A DNA stretch of 64,000 bases from Prochlorococcaceae cyanobacterium (GTDB lineage: Bacteria > Cyanobacteriota > Cyanobacteriia > PCC-6307 > Cyanobiaceae): assembly GCA_040399265.1 (NCBI GenBank), contig JBBASO010000003.1, forward strand, positions 17,040 to 81,039, given 5' to 3'. The notes beneath the pieces are model-generated. The model did no database searches. It saw only the letters and a list, made by a program, of their open reading frames with translations, and was not told where the DNA came from. A program made the position numbers and the translations under genes. Positions 48,808-56,448 of the stretch are shown one piece after another (the stretch's first letter is position 1; each line of letters opens with the position of its first letter).

Positions 48808-49466
48808 TCATGGCAAGCGGCATCCCCTCAAGGTTGCGTCGGCCTGAAGGGCTGCTGCTCGATGCCATGGGCACCCTGATCGGGCTGCGGGAACCGGTGG
48901 GGGTCACCTACGCCGAGCTGGCCGGCCGCCATGGCCTCGCCGTGACACCGGCCGCGGTGCAGGCAGGGTTTGCCCAGGCCTGGCGAGCCGCACCGCCCCT
49001 GGCTTTTCCGGCTCTGGCCGGCGTCGAGCTACGTCGGGCGGAGATCGCCTGGTGGGGCGAGCTGATCCGGCTGAGCCTGGATCCCAGCGGCGCAAGCAGC
49101 CCGCCCTCGGAACTGATCGAGGCGCTCTTTCAGCACTACGCCCAGCCCGATGCATGGCGGGTGTTCGCCGATGTGCCGGCCTTGCTGGAGCGCTGGCACC
49201 ACCGGGGGCTGGCCCTCGCGGTGGTGAGCAATTTCGACACGCGCCTGCCCGAGCTGCTTGCCCAGCTGGGGCTGGCCCGCTGGTTGCAGGTGGTGGTGGT
49301 ATCCAGTGCGGCGGGAGCAGCCAAACCGGATCCAGCTCCGTTCCATCTGGCCCTTGACCAGCTCGGCCTCCCTGGCGAAGCGGTATGGCACGTGGGAGAC
49401 AGTCCGGAGGATCTCACCGGAGCAGCCGCCGCCGGGATCCCCTGTGTGCTGGTGCGACGGTCGTGA
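48804..49466 (+). CDS. HAD-superfamily hydrolase
   Basis: LLLDAMGTL (motif I), VVSNFD (motif II) and HVGDSPEDL (motif IV). GTGA overlap with the NDH-2 stop. Confidence 0.8.
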   Translation: MIMASGIPSRLRRPEGLLLDAMGTLIGLREPVGVTYAELAGRHGLAVTPAAVQAGFAQAWRAAPPLAFPALAGVELRRAEIAWWGELIRLSLDPSGASSPPSELIEALFQHYAQPDAWRVFADVPALLERWHHRGLALAVVSNFDTRLPELLAQLGLARWLQVVVVSSAAGAAKPDPAPFHLALDQLGLPGEAVWHVGDSPEDLTGAAAAGIPCVLVRRS

Positions 49467-51136
49467 GGCAGGGGGTGGTGGCTGGACGCACGGCCGGATT
49501 GCGGCCGTCCCAGCGGCGCCGGCTGGAGAGGATCTGCCACAGACGCCATCCCGCCGATGGCATCGCCGAGGTGCTGTGCCTGCAGCGGCTGGCGGCCGAG
49601 AGCGAGGAACTGGCGCTGCCGCTGAGCCTGGTGGTGGACAGCCGAGGCCTTTGTCGTCTGCTGTGGGTCGGGTCGCTGGAGGAGTCCGGGCGGCTGCTCG
49701 AGAAACTGCCCGACTGCCGCCGCCGGGCGGGCGAAGCGCTGCGGCTGATCACCTGCTGCGGTCACAGCCGCCAGCTGGAGCCAGACAGCCGTGAAGGCGT
49801 GGTGGCCCTGGATCTCCAGCCCAGGGTGTGGCTGCGCTTCGGCGATCGCCCCGGCAAAGGCGGCAGCTGGCCCGCCCTGCTGCTGCATGCCTGTCCAGGT
49901 GAGCCCGTGCCCTGGCAGGCCGCCGACCAGGTGGAGCTGGCGGCCGTGGAGGAGCTGATGCCACCGCTGGCGGACAGCCGGCAGAGCCCCCGGGCGGGGG
50001 CGCTGCCGGCAGGGGGGGAACGGGTGCTGCTGCTGGTGCTGCCCCCCGGCGATCGCCGCGAGACCGCACGACAGATCGCGGAACTGGAGGGCCTGGTGCG
50101 CAGCGCCGGCGCCACCCCTGTCGGTGTGGTGGAGCAGCGCCGTAGCCAGCTGGCCCCCCACACGCTCTGGGGCGAGGGCAAACTGGCGGAAGCGGCCCTG
50201 GAAGCGCGGCGACTGGAGGCCACCCTGGTGGTGACGGACCGGGAACTGACGCCGGTGCAAGGCAGGAACATCGAGCGGCTCCTGGATCTGCCGGTGAGCG
50301 ACCGCAGCGAGCTCATTCTCGACATTTTCGCGCAGCGAGCTGCCAGTGCGGCCGGACGGCTGCAGGTGGAGCTGGCCCAGCTGCGCTACCGATTGCCCCG
50401 CCTGCTCGGTCGGGGACGCAGTCTTTCCCGCCAGGGGGGCGGCATCGGCACCCGCGGGCCCGGGGAAACCCAGCTCGAGAAGGATCGCCGCGCCATCGCC
50501 CGCCGGATCGACAAGCTGCAACGGGATGTGCGACACCTGGGGGAGCACCGGGCGCGGCTGCGCCAGGCACGCAGCGGCCAGAGTCGCCTTGCCCTGGTGG
50601 GTTATACGAATGCCGGCAAGAGTTCCCTGCTGAATGCGCTCGGCGGCAGCCCTGCCGGCAGCGGCGTGCTGGCTGCAAACCAATTGTTCGCCACTCTGGA
50701 TCCCACCACCCGTCGCATCGCCCTCCCGGATCCGGACGGCGGGCCGGCCCAGGCGATCCTGCTCACCGACACGGTGGGGTTCATCCGTGACCTGCCACCA
50801 GCCCTGATGGAGGCTTTCCGCTCCACCCTGGAGGAGACCCTGGCGGCCGACGGCCTGCTACTCGTGGTCGACCTCAGTGATCCGCACTGGCCAGAACAAC
50901 GGCGCACCGTGCTTGCCATCCTCGAGGCCTTGGACTGCCGGGCGCCGCGGCGACTGGTCGCCAACCAGATTGACCGCTGTCCGGCATCGGAACTGGAACG
51001 GGCCCGCAGCCTGGAGCCCGATGCGCTGTTTGTTTCGGCGACGGCCGGCCTGGGCCTGCAGCACCTGCGTGGGTGCCTGCGCAACTGGCCAGCCCAGGCC
51101 GAACCCGACCCCCCGGAAAACACGGCTACGAGGTGA
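49463..51136 (+). CDS. hflX: GTPase HflX with an extended N-terminus
   Basis: GTG start overlaps the HAD stop (GTGA). GPGETQLE.DRR, GYTNAGKSSLLNAL (G1) and DTVGF (G3). Confidence 0.88.
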   Translation: MRQGVVAGRTAGLRPSQRRRLERICHRRHPADGIAEVLCLQRLAAESEELALPLSLVVDSRGLCRLLWVGSLEESGRLLEKLPDCRRRAGEALRLITCCGHSRQLEPDSREGVVALDLQPRVWLRFGDRPGKGGSWPALLLHACPGEPVPWQAADQVELAAVEELMPPLADSRQSPRAGALPAGGERVLLLVLPPGDRRETARQIAELEGLVRSAGATPVGVVEQRRSQLAPHTLWGEGKLAEAALEARRLEATLVVTDRELTPVQGRNIERLLDLPVSDRSELILDIFAQRAASAAGRLQVELAQLRYRLPRLLGRGRSLSRQGGGIGTRGPGETQLEKDRRAIARRIDKLQRDVRHLGEHRARLRQARSGQSRLALVGYTNAGKSSLLNALGGSPAGSGVLAANQLFATLDPTTRRIALPDPDGGPAQAILLTDTVGFIRDLPPALMEAFRSTLEETLAADGLLLVVDLSDPHWPEQRRTVLAILEALDCRAPRRLVANQIDRCPASELERARSLEPDALFVSATAGLGLQHLRGCLRNWPAQAEPDPPENTATR

Positions 51137-51273
51137 ACAATCCCCCTCGGGCCAGGCAGTCCAGGTGAACATCGCCCCAGAAAAGCTGTCTTCACTGGCA
51201 TTCCCACAATAAATCCGCCACCAGTAATCCCCTCTTGCGGGATGGGTTAGCCTGGCTCGAGTTACACCAACCC

Positions 51274-53070
51274 ATGAGCGAGTTCAGCCAGGTCATGCTT
51301 GAACCAGGAGCATTCATCACCCTCGCAGTTCTGGCCGGTGCCGTCGTGCTGTTCCTGGGCGGCTGGCTGCCGCCGGAAGTGGTCGGCCTGCTAGCCGCCG
51401 CCCTGCTGATCTGCACCGGCGTGCTCGATGCCAAGGAGGCAGTGGCGGGCTTCGGCAGCCCGGCCCTGATCACCTTGATCGGCCTGTTCGCCCTCTCTGC
51501 CGGTCTGTTCCGATCCGGAACCCTCGATCGGCTGCGGGCACTGATCGGCTCCGACGCTGTGCGCAGCCCGAAGCGAATGATCGCCCTGATGACGGCGGTG
51601 GTGGGCCCGGTGTCGGCCTTCGTGCCGAACACGCCGATCGTGGCCGCCCTGCTGCCGGTGGTCGAAGGCTGGTGCAAGCGTCGGGGCATCGCCCCCTCCA
51701 AGGTGCTGCTGCCGCTGTCGTTCGCGACAGTGCTGGGCGGCACGATGACTCTGCTGGGAAGTTCCGTAAACCTGCTGGCAAGCGAGGTGAGCGAGCGGCT
51801 GGGCTACGGGGCATTCGGCCTGTTCGGCTTCAGTGCCATCGGCATCGGCGTCTGGCTGACGGGTGGTGTGACGATGGTGCTGCTCGCCGACCGGTTCCTG
51901 CCCGATCGGGGCACGGATGGTGAAGAACTGCAGACCACCAGTGGATACATCACCGAGGTGCTGATTCCCAGCGGCTCCGGCCTAGTGGGCCAGTCACTGC
52001 ATGACAGCCGACTGCAGCGCCGCTTCGACGTCGACGTGCTGGAGCTGCATCGCGACGGCGAACGCTTTCTGCCCCCCCTGGCCGACCGCACCCTGCAGCA
52101 GCGGGATCGGCTGGTGCTGCGCTGCAGTCGGGAGGAACTGCTGCGTCTGCAGCAGGAGCACACGATCGTGCTGGCGCCGACCCCCGAGCCGGCCCCTCCG
52201 GCCGACCAACAGAACAAGCAGCGCATGGTGGAGGTGCTGATCCCCTCCGGCTCCACCATCGCCGGAGACTGCCTGCGCGATCTGCGCTTCCGCCAGCGCT
52301 ACAACCTCACGGTGCTGGCCCTGCGCCGCGGCAATGCGGTGCTGCGGGAACGGCTCGGCCGCATCAACCTCAATGAAGGAGATGTGCTGCTGATCCAGGG
52401 CCCGCGTGATGCGATCCGCGGCCTTCAGGACAGCAACGACCTCGTGGTGCTCGAGGAACTGGAAAAGGACCTGCCCACGGTGAGCCGAAAGGGTGTGGCT
52501 CTGCTGATCGGCGCGCTGGTGATCCTGCTGCCCACCTTCGAGGTGATGCCGCTGGTGGCGTCCGTGCTGCTGGGCACCGTGGCCATGGTGGCCACCGGCT
52601 GCCTGCGTGCAGGGGAACTGCAGCGCGCCATCCGGTTGGATGTGATCCTGTTGCTGGGTTCGCTGGCCAGCTTCAGCGTGGCTCTTGAAAAAACTGGGCT
52701 CGCTGCTGCGATGGCCAAAGCCCTGATGCGCGGCCTCGACGACTGGCCGATCTACGGGGCCCTGCTGGTGGTGTTTCTGTTCACGACCCTGCTCACCGAG
52801 GTAATGAGCAATGCGGCAACGGTGGCCCTGCTCATCCCGGTGGCCGGCCAGCTGGCTGTGGGCCTGGGTCAGCCCCCCCTTGCCTTCATCTACGCCGTGC
52901 TCTTTGGCGCCAGCCAGAGCTTTCTCAGCCCGGTCGGCTACCAGACCAACCTGATGGTGTTCGGACCCGGTCGCTACCGCTTTCTCGATGTGACCCGCTA
53001 TGGCTTCCCCCTCACCGTGATCATGACCCTGGTAGTGCCTTTCCTGATCTGCCGACACTTCAGGCTCTAA
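51274..53070 (+). CDS. SLC13/DASS-family permease with two central TrkA-C domains
   Basis: Hydrophobic N- and C-terminal halves flank two RCK_C-like repeats (ITEVLIPSGSGLVGQSL.. and MVEVLIPSGSTIAGDCL..). Confidence 0.8.
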   Translation: MSEFSQVMLEPGAFITLAVLAGAVVLFLGGWLPPEVVGLLAAALLICTGVLDAKEAVAGFGSPALITLIGLFALSAGLFRSGTLDRLRALIGSDAVRSPKRMIALMTAVVGPVSAFVPNTPIVAALLPVVEGWCKRRGIAPSKVLLPLSFATVLGGTMTLLGSSVNLLASEVSERLGYGAFGLFGFSAIGIGVWLTGGVTMVLLADRFLPDRGTDGEELQTTSGYITEVLIPSGSGLVGQSLHDSRLQRRFDVDVLELHRDGERFLPPLADRTLQQRDRLVLRCSREELLRLQQEHTIVLAPTPEPAPPADQQNKQRMVEVLIPSGSTIAGDCLRDLRFRQRYNLTVLALRRGNAVLRERLGRINLNEGDVLLIQGPRDAIRGLQDSNDLVVLEELEKDLPTVSRKGVALLIGALVILLPTFEVMPLVASVLLGTVAMVATGCLRAGELQRAIRLDVILLLGSLASFSVALEKTGLAAAMAKALMRGLDDWPIYGALLVVFLFTTLLTEVMSNAATVALLIPVAGQLAVGLGQPPLAFIYAVLFGASQSFLSPVGYQTNLMVFGPGRYRFLDVTRYGFPLTVIMTLVVPFLICRHFRL

Positions 53071-53071
53071 G

Positions 53072-53089
53072 GTCTGGCCCCGACCAGAC
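53072..53089 (+). terminator. Weak stem-loop after the SLC13 gene
   Basis: GTCTGG-ccccga-CCAGAC directly after the stop. No clear T-run. Confidence 0.3.
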
Positions 53090-53168
53090 TTGAGTTGCTG
53101 TCGTGTCTGCGACCTCCCTGGCCTGAGGCCACGGATCAACCTTTCCCCTTGTTTCGCTCCAACCTTCC

Positions 53169-53804
53169 ATGGCTCTTCAACTCGGCGACACCGTTCCCGA
53201 TTTCACCCAGAATTCCCAGCTGGGCCCGATCAATCTCTACGACTTCGCTGGCGACAGCTGGGTGGTGCTGTTCTCCCATCCTGCTGATTACACACCGGTC
53301 TGCACAACCGAGCTCGGTGAGGTGTCGCGCCTGCGCGCCGAGTGGGAGAAGCGCAACGTCAAGACCGTCGCCTTGAGCGTGGATTCCGCCGAAAGCCACA
53401 ACGGCTGGATCTGCGACATCAACGAAACCCAGAACACCACCGTTGACTATCCGATCCTCGCCGACGAAGACAAGAAGGTGAGCGATCTCTACGGGATGAT
53501 CCACCCCAACTCGCTCAACAACCTGACGGTGCGCTCGGTGTTCATCATCGACCCCAACAAGAAGCTGCGCCTTCAGATCACCTACCCCGCCAGCACCGGC
53601 CGGAATTTCCATGAGATCCTGCGGGTGATCGACTCCCTGCAGCTCACTGACAACCACCAGGTGGCGACCCCGGTGAACTGGAAAGATGGTGAAGACTGCG
53701 TTGTGGTGCCCTCCATACCCACCGAGGAAGCCCGCAACAAGTTCCCCAAGGGTGTGACGGAAATCAGGCCCTATCTGCGCATGACCCCCCAGCCCAACAA
53801 GTGA
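53169..53804 (+). CDS. 1-Cys peroxiredoxin (Prx6-like)
   Basis: LFSHPADYTPVCTTELG motif. 211 aa. Confidence 0.92.
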   Translation: MALQLGDTVPDFTQNSQLGPINLYDFAGDSWVVLFSHPADYTPVCTTELGEVSRLRAEWEKRNVKTVALSVDSAESHNGWICDINETQNTTVDYPILADEDKKVSDLYGMIHPNSLNNLTVRSVFIIDPNKKLRLQITYPASTGRNFHEILRVIDSLQLTDNHQVATPVNWKDGEDCVVVPSIPTEEARNKFPKGVTEIRPYLRMTPQPNK

Positions 53805-53833
53805 GGTCCGGCGTCTGCCTTTGGCCACAGCTC

Positions 53834-53860
53834 GCCCCCGGTCGATCCCGGGGGCTTTTT
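53834..53860 (+). terminator. Rho-independent terminator after the 1-Cys Prx gene
   Basis: GCCCCCGG-tcgatc-CCGGGGGC stem followed by TTTTT. Confidence 0.75.
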
Positions 53861-53862
53861 CG

Positions 53863-55089
53863 ATGCGGGAGCAGGGTGGGGTGAGCACGATCGTGCTGGG
53901 TCTGATGAGCGGCACCAGTGCCGATGGCATCGACGCCGTGTTGGTGCGATTCAGTGGCAGAGCCACTGCACCCCGTTGGCAGATTCTTGCCAGCAGCTTC
54001 CGGCCCTATCCCGAGGCATTGCGGGCCCGGCTTCTGACCGTGGGGCAGGGCGCAACCCTCAGCAGCGCCGACTGGCTGAACCTCGGAGAGGCCGTCACCG
54101 AAGAGCAGGCGGCCGCTGCCAGGCAGTGTGATCCAGACGGCCTGGCCCGGCTGGTGGGCTGTCATGGGCAGACCGTGTGGCACCGCCCACCCCAGGGGCA
54201 GCGACGAGGCGCCAGCTGGCAGCTGCTGCACGGACCGCTGCTGGCCCAGTTGCTGGGCTGCTCTGTGGTCCACGATTTCCGGGCGGCCGATCTGGCCCTG
54301 GGAGGGCAGGGAGCTCCGCTGGTTCCGCCGGCGGATCAAGCCCTGGTGGGCCGCGTGGCTGGCTGGCGCGCTCTGCTCAACCTGGGGGGTATCGCCAATC
54401 TGACCCTGATTCCGCCGGCGAGCGGCCCCGATCGAGCGGCGGCGCTGCAGGGCTGGGACTGCGGTCCTGCCAACACTCTGCTCGATCTGGCGGTGAGCCA
54501 CTTCAGCGAAGGCCGCCTCAGCTACGACGCTGACGGCGCTTGGGCCGCCCAGGGAACGGTGGACGGCACCACCGTGAACAGCTGGCTGGAGGAGGAGTAC
54601 TTCCAACTTCGGCCGCCGAAATCCACCGGCCGTGAACTGTTCGGCGCCAACGACCTGGAACGGCGCCTCGGTGATCTCAAGCGGGGGGCCCAGCAGCGGG
54701 GCGGAACGCTGACGGCGGCCGATGCTCTGGCCAGCCTCACCGCCTTCAGCGCCGCCGTGGTCGCTCAGGATCTGCAGCGGGGGCCCCGCCCCGTGGAGTT
54801 GCTGGTGGCGGGCGGGGGCAGCCGCAACGCCACCCTGATGAATCAGCTGCGCCAGCGCTGCCTCGGCATCACGGTGAGACCGCTGCAGGAGCTTGGGATC
54901 GCCGACAACCAGCGGGAAGCCCTGGCCTTTGCTCTGCTGGCCTGGTGGCATGACCGCGGTCACCCCGGCAATGCCCCGAGCGTGACCGGGGCGACCCGGG
55001 ACTGCCTGCTGGGAATCCGGGTTGAACCGCCGGCTCATCCAGGCCGATACAACCGCAACCGGCGGGGGGCGCCACGCAGCCGCGGCTGA
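53863..55089 (+). CDS. anmK: Anhydro-N-acetylmuramic acid kinase AnmK
   Basis: GLMSGTSADGIDA, NLGGIANL and DCGP.N motifs. Internal ATG of ORF 53821..55089. Confidence 0.9.
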   Translation: MREQGGVSTIVLGLMSGTSADGIDAVLVRFSGRATAPRWQILASSFRPYPEALRARLLTVGQGATLSSADWLNLGEAVTEEQAAAARQCDPDGLARLVGCHGQTVWHRPPQGQRRGASWQLLHGPLLAQLLGCSVVHDFRAADLALGGQGAPLVPPADQALVGRVAGWRALLNLGGIANLTLIPPASGPDRAAALQGWDCGPANTLLDLAVSHFSEGRLSYDADGAWAAQGTVDGTTVNSWLEEEYFQLRPPKSTGRELFGANDLERRLGDLKRGAQQRGGTLTAADALASLTAFSAAVVAQDLQRGPRPVELLVAGGGSRNATLMNQLRQRCLGITVRPLQELGIADNQREALAFALLAWWHDRGHPGNAPSVTGATRDCLLGIRVEPPAHPGRYNRNRRGAPRSRG

Positions 55090-55343
55090 TTGGCTCTGCC
55101 CTGACGCTCGAGCTGCTGACGGACGCGATCGGAGCTGACCATGGCCGGCTGATCCGGCGCAATCGTTCGCTGCCGCTCCATCCGCTCCACCCCCTGCTGA
55201 ATCAGCACCCTGGCCATATTGCTGACAGTGCGGGCCTCGGAGTCAGCCAGCAGGGTGAGACGCTCGCAGAGGTTCTCCGGCAGCACCACCTGAATCCGGG
55301 GCGATTTCGGCTTGCCGCTGGTTGAGGTTTGGCGGGTGGCCAC
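55035..55343 (-). CDS. Ribbon-helix-helix (CopG/Arc-like) DNA-binding protein, orphan
   Basis: PRIQVVLPENLCERLTLLADSEARTVSNMARVLIQQGVERM is a strand-helix-helix pattern. I chose the GTG at 55343; GTG at 55448 is also possible. The 3-prime end overlaps anmK by 55 nt. Confidence 0.6.
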   Translation of the reverse strand: MATRQTSTSGKPKSPRIQVVLPENLCERLTLLADSEARTVSNMARVLIQQGVERMERQRTIAPDQPAMVSSDRVRQQLERQGRANQPRLRGAPRRLRLYRPG

Positions 55344-55445
55344 GACAACTCCGGAGCTGGGGACCTTCGGCACATCAGGACCTGCTGCGGTCCTGCACTG
55401 AGGGGCATGGATGCACCCGGTGACTACAAAGTGTACGGTGATGGC

Positions 55446-55462
55446 CACGGATAGTATCCGTG
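55446..55462. promoter_or_regulatory. Perfect 17-nt palindrome CACGGATA-G-TATCCGTG upstream of the RHH gene
   Basis: Read directly, with 8-bp arms. Flanking GTGACTA direct repeats near 55420 and 55460. Confidence 0.4.
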
Positions 55463-55542
55463 ACTAAGCTAGGGGCAGTTCACCCGATCGGTGCCTCCCA
55501 CCGGTCGGCCCCAGCCGGATCACCCAGGCCGGAGGTCAGCCC

Positions 55543-55809
55543 ATGCCCAGAAACCGCGAACGCGGGCACACCGCCCGCAAGACCGCCGAGCGCACGGACG
55601 TGCTTGTTTCAGCGGTGATCAGCACCTATCTGCTGACCCACCTGCACCACGTGCTGCAACGAGCTGAGTACGGCGCTCAGCAGGAGGGACGCACAGCACT
55701 GGCGGCCAACTACGCCGAATTGCGCAAGGTGCTCTGTGTTGATGCCCGCAGCATGGAGGATGCCTCCGCCTGCGGCAATCCGGTGAGCGACGCACCCCAG
55801 GCGGCCTGA
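55543..55809 (+). CDS. Hypothetical protein (88 aa)
   Basis: ATG start in an otherwise unassigned interval. No recognisable family. Moderate coding look. Confidence 0.4.
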   Translation: MPRNRERGHTARKTAERTDVLVSAVISTYLLTHLHHVLQRAEYGAQQEGRTALAANYAELRKVLCVDARSMEDASACGNPVSDAPQAA

Positions 55810-55869
55810 CCCTGCCGCGCGGCGCGGAATGGTCAGCACGCATAAGGTCGAAGCAGAGCCCTCATACCG

Positions 55870-56160
55870 ATGACGAACCAGCCCTCCGACCAGCCTTCTA
55901 TCCAGCCTTCAAGCCAGCCCTCTGCCGAGGAGAACGGCAACGCCCCGGCGCTGTACGCGCGGATCAGCAGCGATCACGACCTGACCCAGGCACTGTTTCG
56001 CCAGGCTCTGCAGGACCCTTCAGGGGCGCTGGACCGGATCGTGGCGCTGGGGCAAGAGTTCGGATTGCCAGTGAACCGTGAGCAGGTGCGCTCCCACGTC
56101 TCCTCCCTTGACGACAGCGCCAGCAAGCAGTGGCTGCTGAAGGCCCGCGGCGGCCTCTGA
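55870..56160 (+). CDS. Nif11-domain protein (leader-peptide-like) with an N-terminal XQPS repeat
   Basis: ALYARISSDHDLTQALFRQALQDPSGALDRIVALGQEFGLPVNREQV fits the Nif11 N-terminal domain pattern. It ends ..KARGGL*. Confidence 0.6.
   Translation: MTNQPSDQPSIQPSSQPSAEENGNAPALYARISSDHDLTQALFRQALQDPSGALDRIVALGQEFGLPVNREQVRSHVSSLDDSASKQWLLKARGGL
55876..55923 (+). repeat. Four tandem 12-nt units encoding (N/D/I/S)-Q-P-S
   Basis: AACCAGCCCTCC GACCAGCCTTCT ATCCAGCCTTCA AGCCAGCCCTCT, read directly. Confidence 0.95.
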
Positions 56161-56448
56161 ACGCGGTGGGATGGTTAGTGGAGCACTGCGACGCTGCCGC
56201 TGATCGGAGCCACCACCCTGGGCCCAGCTGAAAAACAGCCAGTAGCTCACGATCGCCAGGCCGGCCGCCACCACCACGGCAGCCACCTGCTCCAGGCGCT
56301 TGATCATGCGGGAATGTCAGGGCGGCGGTCTTCGGAGTCTGCCCCAGCAGCCTCCGGCAGGGATGATGAGCAGGGTTGGCCCGCTGGGATTTCACCGGCA
56401 GCCGGTCCCGCTCCACCAGCCCGCCCATCTCCAGCCTCCCTCTTCCCC

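Noticed and set aside
55810-55830. CCGCGC-G-GCGCGG palindrome after the 88-aa ORF, considered as a terminator.
   Set aside because: A 1-nt loop cannot form an RNA hairpin and no T-run follows. It is probably chance in GC-rich DNA.
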